This document shows positions 8,868 through 17,558 of a stretch of 34,706 bases of DNA, piece after piece. A program made the translations under genes and the position numbers. How positions within the stretch are numbered: position 1 is the stretch's first letter; each line of letters opens with the position of its first letter. The notes below the pieces were generated by a model. It did no database searches and was not told where the DNA came from. It worked only from the letters and a program-made list of their open reading frames with translations. The stretch is from Spirochaetales bacterium. Its GTDB lineage: Bacteria > Spirochaetota > Spirochaetia > Sphaerochaetales > Sphaerochaetaceae. The stretch spans positions 1 through 34,706 of the forward strand of contig JAGBRG010000016.1 in assembly GCA_017632495.1 (NCBI GenBank). Direction: 5' to 3'.

Positions 8868-9760
8868 GAAAAGAAGAATCATTTGAAGAACAGCCGCAGG
8901 GAAAAAAACAGTCGGGACTGAAAGACCCGGAATTCAGAGGAAAGCTTTACAAAATAGCATTTGTTCTGCTTATTCTTGGACTTGCCATCTTTACAGTTTT
9001 CCGTCTTTGGGACGACTCGCATTTTGTAGATACGTTCTATGAAATTGATGACAACAGAATCGACGGACCTATAAGAATCGTTCAACTTTCCGACCTTCAT
9101 CTGAAGGAGTTCGGGCAGCACAACAGTGAACTTGTCAATGAAATAATCCGTCTCAAGCCGGATCTGATAGCAATGACCGGAGATATGGTGGACATGGATG
9201 AGACTGATTATTCTGTGGTCATCGAACTGTGCAGACAGCTTGTTGAAGTAGCCCCAGTCTACTTCTGCTACGGCAACCATGAAAAGGAAGTAATCAGGGT
9301 CAACCAGACAAGTACAGTCAATGTGGATCTTGAAAAGCTTGGAGTCCACGTCCTTCACAACAGGTTTGAAACAATCAACGTGAAGGGTAATCTTATCGAT
9401 ATCGGAGGTCTTTCCGCAAATCCGGGAACCTTCGATGCTGATTATACGCAATCATTCTGGAACAAATACATCAAGAAAGAGAACTATAAGCTTCTTCTTG
9501 TCCACTATCCGCAGTTCTTCTATCCAGAGGGTGAGCTTTACGGAAGCAATATTGACATGGCACTTTGCGGCCACCTTCATGGAGGAGTTGTGGTAATCCC
9601 CGGCAAGGGAGGTCTCTACCATCCAACAGCAGGTTATTTCCCGAAACTGGCTGACGGAGCAACCCTTGTAAAAAACACATGGGTTGTTGTCAGCCGTGGT
9701 CTTGGAGGATCAACCAGAGTCAATAATCCACCGGAGCTGGTTATAGTCGATATTTATTAA
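8852..9760 (+). CDS. Membrane-anchored metallophosphoesterase (calcineurin-like)
   Basis: One N-terminal TM (IAFVLLILGLAIFTVF) is followed by the canonical motifs QLSDLHL, GDMVD, GNHE and GHLHGG. RBS GGAGAGGAG lies 6 nt upstream. Confidence 0.85.
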   Translation: MGEEIRKEESFEEQPQGKKQSGLKDPEFRGKLYKIAFVLLILGLAIFTVFRLWDDSHFVDTFYEIDDNRIDGPIRIVQLSDLHLKEFGQHNSELVNEIIRLKPDLIAMTGDMVDMDETDYSVVIELCRQLVEVAPVYFCYGNHEKEVIRVNQTSTVNVDLEKLGVHVLHNRFETINVKGNLIDIGGLSANPGTFDADYTQSFWNKYIKKENYKLLLVHYPQFFYPEGELYGSNIDMALCGHLHGGVVVIPGKGGLYHPTAGYFPKLADGATLVKNTWVVVSRGLGGSTRVNNPPELVIVDIY

Positions 9761-9764
9761 CACG

Positions 9765-12362
9765 ATGGAAAACAATAAGAACGGACGTCTTGTCTGGATA
9801 GATATTTCTAAGGGAGTGGCCATGCTTCTTGTCCTTATCGGACATAGCATGAGAGATGAGATGCGCATAGCCTCTCCTGTCTTGGACGCTCTTTACCGAA
9901 GCATCTACATGTTCCACATGACGTGGTTCTTCTGGCTTTCAGGCTATAGCTACAGATTATCTAGAAACAGAGGCAGGCAGCCGCTTCAAATCTCCGGGAA
10001 GCGGCTCAAAACTCAATTCCCATACTGGGTGATGTATACCCTGTTCATTTACATTGCATTCAGCATAGCAATGTCAGTTCCGCAGCTAAAAAGCATACTG
10101 TCAGGTGCAGGCTATGAAAAAATATCCTTTGGCCAGTATTTATTATCTGCTTTTCAGGCAAACAATGTATGGGCCTACCATCTGTGGTTTTTACTGGTCC
10201 TGATAATAATCACCATTGTTGTGAGCATTGCAGATTACATCACAAAGGGAAGAAATATCACAGGCTTTTGTGTCTGTCTGATTATTTTATCTGTTGTGGC
10301 TCTGGCTCTAACAGACTATGTTCATCTCGGCAATTGGTGGCGCATATATCAATACATCACGCTCTATCTTCCTATCTTCTGCATCGGAATCCTGATGGCT
10401 GATATTAAGATATCAGACACCCTTGCCTGGATCTGGGGAGCTTTGGCCATTGTCTACATAGCAATCAGAGTAAAGTTCTTTTCAGATTTCTCCGGAAACT
10501 CGCTGAGAGTAACAGGATGGACACGCTTTGCCGTCTATCTGGCTGCAGATATTCTTCTTCCAGGTCTCATGGTTCTTCTGGGAAAGATGCTTGATAAAGT
10601 CAAATCCGCCTTTCTCCTTTTTATCGGAAAAGAATCGCTTACAATATACCTTTGGCATCAGCCGTTCTGCTGTGCTTTTTTGGGGACAATGCTTTACAAC
10701 AGGCTTCATCTTCCTGCCCCAATTGTGATGATGATTTGCATTGCCGTAAGCCTTTTGGTTGCAAAAGCCATCATCTATTTCAAGAAAAAAGCTCATCTTG
10801 AGTCTCAGGTTACAGACAAGCAGGAATCGAGAATGACCCACGCGAAGCGTAATATGAAAAGCGGAGTCATTCTCAAACTTATCACCCCTATAACAAGTTT
10901 CATCACCCGAACTGCCCTCATCTATTCTTTGGGAACCGTGTATCTCGGACTGAATGGATTGTTCACATCCATGCTTCAGGTTCTGAGTCTTGCGGAACTT
11001 GGTTTTGGGTCTGCAATTGTCTTTTCCATGTATAAGCCGATTGCCCAAAAGGATGAGATTACCGTCAATGCTCTTCTGAATCTATACAGAACCATCTACA
11101 GAATTGTCGGAAGCGTAATAATGGGTGTCGGTCTTCTGCTCATCCCATTACTCCCGAAACTTATTCACGGGGACCTTCCCGGGGGTCTTAATCTCACAGT
11201 CCTCTATCTGATACGTCTGGCAGACACAAGCATCAGCTACTTCCTTTTCTCATACAGAAACTGCCTTTTGGATGCTTCCCAGCGCAAAAGCAGAATCCAA
11301 AGAATCCAGTCAGTCTCAAAAATCACCCTTTGCGCCGTTCAGGTTGTGCTTTTGATGCTGTTCAAAAACTATTACATTTTCTGCATCGCAATTCCTGTAA
11401 TACAGGTAGCACAGAATCTTGCGTACTGGGTTGTTTCAAAAAAGACCTTCCCTCAGTATCGCTGCGAAGGAAGCCTTCCGAAAGATGCAAGAAAAGACAT
11501 TATGAAGCGTGTGACCGGACTGTTTATGTTCCGTCTGAGTCATGTTCTTCGTAACTCATTCGACAGCATAATCCTTTCTGCATTTCTGGGTCTTGAGATT
11601 TTGGCCATCTACCAGAACTACTTCCTGATAGTAACAACGGTTGTCGGAATCTCCAGCATTCTCACCGACAGCACTCTCTCCAGCATAGGCAACAGCGTTG
11701 CCATGGAAACCACGGAGAAAAACTATCGGGATTTCAAGAGCTTCCAACTTCTCTTTATGTGGGTGGTAGGAATAATCTGCGTGGGTATGGCTTGTCTTTA
11801 TCAGCCGTTCATGCGGCTCTGGGTTGGAAAGCACAATATGCTTTCAGACTCTCTGATGCTTCTGTTTGTTGTATACTTTTTCACCGAAAGGATGGGAAAC
11901 ATCTGCTTCCAATACAGACAGGCCAGAGGGCTGTGGTGGGAAGACCGGATAAGACCTGTTGTTGACGGAATAATAAACCTTACGCTCAACTTCTTCCTTG
12001 TCCAATATATCGGAATTGCCGGCGTTATGTTATCAACCATAATCTGCCACGTCTTCATTGACTCATTATGGGGCGCCCGAATTCTTTTCAAACATTATTT
12101 TACAAATGCAAAACAATCCCATTATGTTCTGAAGCTTGTGCTGTTCGCCGTATCAACTTCAATTGCATGTGCACTATCTTACCTGCTTTGCAATTTCATC
12201 CCGCAATATGCTGAAAACGCCATTACATGCCTGCTGTTCATGGCAGGACGCGGAATTATTTGCCTGATTGTAGCCAATGTGGTTTTCTTTGGAATCTACA
12301 GACTTCTTCCGGAATACAAAACGGCAGGTGTTGTGATGAAGAAATTTCTAAAGCGGGCATAA
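9765..12362 (+). CDS. Fusion protein: acyltransferase family 3 (AT3, O-acyltransferase) N-terminal half plus Wzx/MOP-family polysaccharide flippase C-terminal half
   Basis: This is a single uninterrupted 865-codon ORF. Residues 1-~345 carry AT3 motifs (WIDISKGVAMLLVLIGHS, FHMTWFFWLSGY). From residue ~357 (MTHAKRNMKSGVILKLITPITSFITRTALIYSLG..LAELGFGSAIVFSMYKP) it looks like a typical Wzx N-terminus, followed by about 12 further TM segments. Confidence 0.75.
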   Translation: MENNKNGRLVWIDISKGVAMLLVLIGHSMRDEMRIASPVLDALYRSIYMFHMTWFFWLSGYSYRLSRNRGRQPLQISGKRLKTQFPYWVMYTLFIYIAFSIAMSVPQLKSILSGAGYEKISFGQYLLSAFQANNVWAYHLWFLLVLIIITIVVSIADYITKGRNITGFCVCLIILSVVALALTDYVHLGNWWRIYQYITLYLPIFCIGILMADIKISDTLAWIWGALAIVYIAIRVKFFSDFSGNSLRVTGWTRFAVYLAADILLPGLMVLLGKMLDKVKSAFLLFIGKESLTIYLWHQPFCCAFLGTMLYNRLHLPAPIVMMICIAVSLLVAKAIIYFKKKAHLESQVTDKQESRMTHAKRNMKSGVILKLITPITSFITRTALIYSLGTVYLGLNGLFTSMLQVLSLAELGFGSAIVFSMYKPIAQKDEITVNALLNLYRTIYRIVGSVIMGVGLLLIPLLPKLIHGDLPGGLNLTVLYLIRLADTSISYFLFSYRNCLLDASQRKSRIQRIQSVSKITLCAVQVVLLMLFKNYYIFCIAIPVIQVAQNLAYWVVSKKTFPQYRCEGSLPKDARKDIMKRVTGLFMFRLSHVLRNSFDSIILSAFLGLEILAIYQNYFLIVTTVVGISSILTDSTLSSIGNSVAMETTEKNYRDFKSFQLLFMWVVGIICVGMACLYQPFMRLWVGKHNMLSDSLMLLFVVYFFTERMGNICFQYRQARGLWWEDRIRPVVDGIINLTLNFFLVQYIGIAGVMLSTIICHVFIDSLWGARILFKHYFTNAKQSHYVLKLVLFAVSTSIACALSYLLCNFIPQYAENAITCLLFMAGRGIICLIVANVVFFGIYRLLPEYKTAGVVMKKFLKRA

Positions 12363-12372
12363 GGAGGATCAG

Positions 12373-13389
12373 ATGCTGATAACCGTTGTTCTTTCTGTAT
12401 ACAACACTGGAAAATATCTTCATAAAGCAATGGATTCTCTTATCAACCAGACCTTTAGGGATTATGAAGTCATAATAGTTGATGACGGTTCAACTGACGG
12501 AAGCTCCGAAACATGCGACAAAGAGGCAGAAAACAGACAAGGCGTACGCGTATTCCATAAAAAAAATGGAGGTCTCTCCTCTGCAAGAAACTACGGCATA
12601 GAGCACGCAAAAGGACAATACATCATCTTCCCGGATCCTGATGACTGGGTGGAACCAGATTACTTAGAGAAACTCATCAAAATCAGAACCGAATCAAATG
12701 CGGATCTTTCTGTCTGCGGTTTCTTTGATGAAATGGGTAATAAAAGGCGCATTTGGAATGAAGGAAATCCAAGTTGCGTTCTTGACACGGCAAAAGCTCT
12801 GGAAATGCTTATGAAGCCTAACGGATTCTGTGGTTATGCATGGAACAAACTGTACAACCTGGATGTGATCAGAGACAACAACCTGCGTTTCGATACTGAT
12901 CTCGGAATGGTTCAGGATCTTCATTTTGCCGTACGGTACTTCCAGTGTATCAAAACCGTGGCCTATAACCCGATTCCTTTGTATCACTATAACCATGACA
13001 GCGGTGGAGTTACGGCCTCCTACTCTCCTCTGACACCCAGAAAAATCAGCGGACTTCTGACTTATAAGAAAATAGGAGAAATGACTGAACAGGATTATCC
13101 GCGTGTTGCCGAGATAGCTTACAGTTCTCTTTGCAACATGTGCCTTCAGGACATTTACATTTACTACCGCAGTTCAATGAATGACAGAAATGTGCTCAGC
13201 AATTTGGTTGAAACTTTCAACAAGTACAAGAAATACTTCAAGAACAGCAAAGAATATAGAAAAACAGATAAGATGTTTATGAATCTGGTTTCTGTCAGTC
13301 CAAAGCTATATGCATCACTGACGCGGATTAAGAAAATCGTTCTGAACCGTCTGGACATAAGAAGGAAGAAAGCATGGAAAGCCCAGTAA
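12373..13389 (+). CDS. Glycosyltransferase family 2
   Basis: VVLSVYNTGKYLHKAMDSLINQTFRDYEVIIVDDGSTDGS plus DPDD (DxD). Strong RBS AAGGAGG. Confidence 0.9.
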   Translation: MLITVVLSVYNTGKYLHKAMDSLINQTFRDYEVIIVDDGSTDGSSETCDKEAENRQGVRVFHKKNGGLSSARNYGIEHAKGQYIIFPDPDDWVEPDYLEKLIKIRTESNADLSVCGFFDEMGNKRRIWNEGNPSCVLDTAKALEMLMKPNGFCGYAWNKLYNLDVIRDNNLRFDTDLGMVQDLHFAVRYFQCIKTVAYNPIPLYHYNHDSGGVTASYSPLTPRKISGLLTYKKIGEMTEQDYPRVAEIAYSSLCNMCLQDIYIYYRSSMNDRNVLSNLVETFNKYKKYFKNSKEYRKTDKMFMNLVSVSPKLYASLTRIKKIVLNRLDIRRKKAWKAQ

Positions 13390-14387
13390 TCTCAATCATC
13401 GTTCCTGTTTATAATCAAGAAAAGTATATTGAGCAATGCCTCATCTCCCTCTTCAATCAGGCGTCAGAAAAAACAGAATTCATCATTATTAACGACGGAT
13501 CCACAGACAAAAGTTTGGAAATCTGCGAAGAAATCATCAAAAAAAGCAATGCAAACGTGAAGCTGATAGATCAGAAGAACCAGGGTCTGATTAAAGCCCG
13601 CTCAATCGGGCTTTCTCATGCCTGCGGCGATTATATTGTCTCTGTGGATTCTGACGATGTCCTTCTTGAAAATGCTCTGCCCAGGTTGCTGCAGCTAATT
13701 GAGGAATATAAATCGGATATCATTTGCTACAATGCAACACGGGACCTTGAGACACGTAAGCCAACATTCGTCTATCCCTTTGAAACCAAAACTGTTTTCT
13801 CGGGAGATAAAAAGAAAGAATTGTTCAAACTCCTCTGCGGTACAGACAAGCTGAATAATGTTTGGGCAAAGTGTGTCAAACGATGCATTTTTCAAGATAA
13901 GGAAGTATATGAGGACATTGAAGACATCTCCAACGGAGAGGATTTATACCAAAGCCTTGTCCTGATAGACCGTGCAAAAACAGTACTGTTTATTGACGAG
14001 GTGCTGTATTACTGGCGTAAGACATCAGGTAGAATGTCCCTCAAATACAACCGCAAGTTCTTCAAATCAGAAAAAAAAGTCTGTCAACGACGGCTTTCAT
14101 ATGCTGGTAAGTGGTCAACGACTGATAATAAGGAGTTGATTGAAAATGCAGAGCATTGGATATGTAAGATATTACGTGATATAACCCGAAAGGCTTTCTT
14201 GTCTGATGAAAAGTGGAGCTATATCAAATCGGAGATTAAAAAACTACGAAGTGATGAATTCTACCGAACCTATTATTTAAATACAAACAAATATCATGAC
14301 AAACGCGATACTGTTCTTAAAAGTCCTCTTGCCATCATGCATATTATGAGACTGCTTTACAAACCATTCAGGAAGAGGCAGCCATGA
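13374..14387 (+). CDS. Glycosyltransferase family 2
   Basis: ISIIVPVYNQEKYIEQCLISLFNQ...IIINDGSTDKS plus VDSDD. It overlaps the upstream gene by 16 nt. Confidence 0.9.
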   Translation: MESPVISIIVPVYNQEKYIEQCLISLFNQASEKTEFIIINDGSTDKSLEICEEIIKKSNANVKLIDQKNQGLIKARSIGLSHACGDYIVSVDSDDVLLENALPRLLQLIEEYKSDIICYNATRDLETRKPTFVYPFETKTVFSGDKKKELFKLLCGTDKLNNVWAKCVKRCIFQDKEVYEDIEDISNGEDLYQSLVLIDRAKTVLFIDEVLYYWRKTSGRMSLKYNRKFFKSEKKVCQRRLSYAGKWSTTDNKELIENAEHWICKILRDITRKAFLSDEKWSYIKSEIKKLRSDEFYRTYYLNTNKYHDKRDTVLKSPLAIMHIMRLLYKPFRKRQP

Positions 14388-15487
14388 AAGAAAAAGTATT
14401 ATTGGTATCAAGCGGTGGACTTGATAAAAGCGGAGTTCCATCTGTTCTCATGAATATAGTCCAAGGTCTCAATGACCGCTATGTCTTTGATATTCTGGTT
14501 CATATGGATGAAGAAGGGTACTTTGACAAGAAGTTTCTCTCATACGGAGGAAAAATCTTCCGCTTACCGAAAAAACACTTCGTTTTCAAACCGTTTGACA
14601 GATTATATGAGCTTTTACGACCGACAATTCTTTACAAATACACGAAAAGACTCATAAAAGAGAATGGCCCATATAAAGTTATACATTGTAACAATGACTT
14701 TGATGCTTCGGGATGCATAAAGGCTGCTATGGAAGAAAGAATTCCAGTACGTATCAGCCATACACACAAAACCTGGAAAAATGACTCTGAGATGGGTCTT
14801 CTTACGCGTCTGTATCGGACATCCTGCAGAAAAGCCATTCAAGAAGCCGCCACAGCTCTTATCGGATGCTCGTCTTCTGCAAACCTTTCCACTTTCGGAG
14901 GGGATTCAAACACGCAGGTTGTTTTCAATCCATATGATGAAAAGCGATTCACACCTTCTACTCCTTTGAAGAAAGTCTCCGGTCTGAATCTAATTCAAGT
15001 GGGTTATTTCAATAAGATCAAGAACCAGCTCTTTACTTTGGATGTTCTCAGGGAATTGAAGAAAAAGCTTCCCGATGTTCATCTTACCTTTATCGGAGAC
15101 AGAACAGGATCTTATGGGGAAAAGGTTGAAAAGAAGATTTTAGAATATGAGGTAAAAGATAATATTACGCTTCTTCCTGCTGACGCTGATATTCCCAAAG
15201 AAATGAATGATTCAAACATCCTTCTCCTGCCGTCTGTAAACGAAGGCTTCGGAATTGTTCTGATAGAAGCACAGGCAATGGGATTACACTGTATCGCATC
15301 GGATACAGTCCCTCAGGAGACGGACAGAGGCGGAGTAAAATACCTTTCTTTAACCAGCGGTCCGGAATTCTGGGCAGATTCTATTCTGTCAGACAAATGC
15401 TTTCTTGAGAAAAAAGTTCAGGATTGCAGTCCATTCTCCACAGCCAGCTTTTTAGATTCCATAAACAAACTCTATTCAGGTAAATAA
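14384..15487 (+). CDS. Glycosyltransferase family 4 (group 1)
   Basis: E-x7-E motif LLPSVNEGFGIVLIEAQAMGLHCIASD. ATGA overlap with the upstream gene. Confidence 0.85.
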   Translation: MKEKVLLVSSGGLDKSGVPSVLMNIVQGLNDRYVFDILVHMDEEGYFDKKFLSYGGKIFRLPKKHFVFKPFDRLYELLRPTILYKYTKRLIKENGPYKVIHCNNDFDASGCIKAAMEERIPVRISHTHKTWKNDSEMGLLTRLYRTSCRKAIQEAATALIGCSSSANLSTFGGDSNTQVVFNPYDEKRFTPSTPLKKVSGLNLIQVGYFNKIKNQLFTLDVLRELKKKLPDVHLTFIGDRTGSYGEKVEKKILEYEVKDNITLLPADADIPKEMNDSNILLLPSVNEGFGIVLIEAQAMGLHCIASDTVPQETDRGGVKYLSLTSGPEFWADSILSDKCFLEKKVQDCSPFSTASFLDSINKLYSGK

Positions 15488-15514
15488 ATCTTTCAGAAGA
15501 CAGACATTTCATGT

Positions 15515-16366
15515 ATGATTTCTCCCATGGGAAGAAAAGACGGAAAGAAAGTCAGAAATGCAGATCCGATGTACACCATTGTTCCGTACATCATGGACAA
15601 ACGTTACGATGCAATGAACATGATCAACCTGGATATCCCGGTCGATCCCATTAAGGCATATATCAGGGAAAAAAGAGCTGAAGGTCAGTTTGTAAGCCAT
15701 CTGTCTGTCATAATCACTTCTTATCTGAAGACAATTGCTCATTTTCCTCTTCTGAACAGATTCATAGTCAATTGCAAGATCTATGAACGCAACGATATAG
15801 ACTGTGCAATGGTTGTTCTCAAAGATGAGGACGGAGACATGGAAGGTACCATGAGCAAAGTCCGTCTGGACAAAGAGGATACCATCTTCACCGTAAATGA
15901 AAAGATGAACAGCTATATCGAAAAAAACAGGGAGGCTAAAAATAAGAACTCCACCGATAGGCTGATTAAGAAGCTTCTGTCATTTCCAGGCCTTCCCAGA
16001 TTCGGCGTGAAGCTGTTCAAATTCATGGACAGGCATGGACTCCTGCCTGGGAAAATCATAGATGCCAGCCCTTTCCATACCAGTTTCACTATCACAAACC
16101 TGGCAAGCCTCAGGACAAACTACATCTACCATCATATCTATGAATTCGGAACAACAAGCGTGTTCATCGCCATGGGAAACACAAGAGAAGTCCCTTTCAG
16201 GACAAAAGACGGGGTATCCTTCAAAACATGCATCCCTCTTGGCGTTGTCATGGACGAGAGAATCTGCAGCGGTCACTATTTCGCCGAAGCATTCAAGAGG
16301 ATGAAGACGTACCTGGAGAACCCTGTTTTAATGGAAAAAACCTATTCGCAGGAGATTCAGTCTTAA
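15515..16366 (+). CDS. Stand-alone 2-oxoacid dehydrogenase E2 / CAT-fold acyltransferase domain protein with a variant active-site motif
   Basis: FTITNLASL, HHIYEFGTTSVFIAMG and VVMDERICSGHYFAEAFKRMKTYLENP align with the E2 catalytic-domain blocks (T-f-t-i-s-N-l-G, ...DHRxxDG..a..Fl..l...lE.P). The start is uncertain (15515 or ATG 15527) and no clear SD is present. Confidence 0.6.
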   Translation: MISPMGRKDGKKVRNADPMYTIVPYIMDKRYDAMNMINLDIPVDPIKAYIREKRAEGQFVSHLSVIITSYLKTIAHFPLLNRFIVNCKIYERNDIDCAMVVLKDEDGDMEGTMSKVRLDKEDTIFTVNEKMNSYIEKNREAKNKNSTDRLIKKLLSFPGLPRFGVKLFKFMDRHGLLPGKIIDASPFHTSFTITNLASLRTNYIYHHIYEFGTTSVFIAMGNTREVPFRTKDGVSFKTCIPLGVVMDERICSGHYFAEAFKRMKTYLENPVLMEKTYSQEIQS

Positions 16367-16376
16367 ATCTTTCCTT

Positions 16377-16532
16377 ACCTTCCGGATAACCTCTGCCGTC
16401 ATAGCGCTCGTGATGGTAACGGGCACCGTCTTCCACGTGCTCAAGGCTCTTAAAGCTTTTCAGAATCTCGCCTCCGCGGACGGTGTGTGACTTGATTATC
16501 TTGAATTCTTCGTCCGTAAGCTTCTCGTTCTG
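16377..16532 (-). pseudogene. Relic of an HD-GYP domain (c-di-GMP phosphodiesterase family) gene, truncated at both ends
   Basis: The minus-strand frame reads QNEKLTDEEFKIIKSHTVRGGEILKSFKSLEHVEDGARYHHERYDGRGYPEG. This matches the distal half of HD-GYP domains, including the HHE-x-DG-x-GYP signature. TAG lies immediately upstream, there is no start codon, and similarity is lost right after GYPEG. Confidence 0.75.
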
Positions 16533-16545
16533 CTATCTTTCTTAA

Positions 16546-17550
16546 TCATTTTTTATTTACCTTCGCCACAGGCTGTGACAGGTAGTCAGCAATCGCGTAT
16601 ATAATTTCCGGAGTCATAAAGTCTTCGACCAGATCGTAATACAGAGTAAAGGCAAAATTATCTGCCATACACTCCTCCGGGTCGTTTAAGTAATCTGTGT
16701 TTTCACCGACGACATCTATGAGGTTTTCCGCATCATTCAGCGAATAATAAGTATTCTCTCCTCCGATTGGAACAAGCACCGGTTCAGAATTCTCAAACAA
16801 GTTTTTACCTTTTTGCTCAGACGGTTTTTTAATAATCGTTACAAAGAAACAATCGATGTACTCTCCATTGATTAGGAATGAAGCATAGGAATCATAGTGA
16901 TTGACATCGGGATTTGTATACAGCCTTTCAAGAACAACAGGGGGTATTTCAAAATCATGATCTGCAACAGTGAAATGAATTATGCTGTACATATCCCTTC
17001 GGAAATCCGGGTTGTTCCTTGTCAGTACATGAAACAATTCATGCCACATCAGTATTTTTCCGAGGTTCTCTCCGTATTCGGTCTCGGTATGGAGATACTC
17101 AAAAACTTTATCGCCCAGAAATATGCAGGTACCAAGGGTGTAAGCACTACCGCCGGACTCTTCTTTCATCGTAGTTCTGGCGAAAGTTATCTCTCCGACA
17201 TCAGGCAGATTGAAGCCTCTTTTTATGAGTCTTTCATTCATCTCGGAAAGAACCTCTTTGAGTTCAGCCTTTTCTTCCTCAGAGAATTCGATCATCTGGG
17301 AGATAACGAAATCCTTCATCTGCTCTACAGTTCCGTTTTTGTCCTGCAATGTAAACTGGATATCGCCACTGGTCCTCCTGTCTAAATAACCTGATGCCAG
17401 ATAACACTCTATAGCTTCCTCTCTGTCTGCAAAATGATATGAGATTGCGGCCTTTTCTTCAGTGCTTCGGACAGAACCGCAGGATGCCAGCGCAAAGGCC
17501 GACATGATGAGAAAAAGGATGAATAAGGTTTTTCCGCTGCAGTTATTCAT
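16546..17550 (-). CDS. Lipoprotein with an HExxH zinc-metallopeptidase-like motif
   Basis: Signal peptide plus lipobox (LFILFLIMSAFALASCGS). It contains MWHELFHVL (HExxH). ATG 17550 is preceded by GAGGAG. The gene starts 9 nt after the stop of the upstream cyclase gene. Confidence 0.7.
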   Translation of the reverse strand: MNNCSGKTLFILFLIMSAFALASCGSVRSTEEKAAISYHFADREEAIECYLASGYLDRRTSGDIQFTLQDKNGTVEQMKDFVISQMIEFSEEEKAELKEVLSEMNERLIKRGFNLPDVGEITFARTTMKEESGGSAYTLGTCIFLGDKVFEYLHTETEYGENLGKILMWHELFHVLTRNNPDFRRDMYSIIHFTVADHDFEIPPVVLERLYTNPDVNHYDSYASFLINGEYIDCFFVTIIKKPSEQKGKNLFENSEPVLVPIGGENTYYSLNDAENLIDVVGENTDYLNDPEECMADNFAFTLYYDLVEDFMTPEIIYAIADYLSQPVAKVNKK

Positions 17551-17558
17551 AATGCTCC

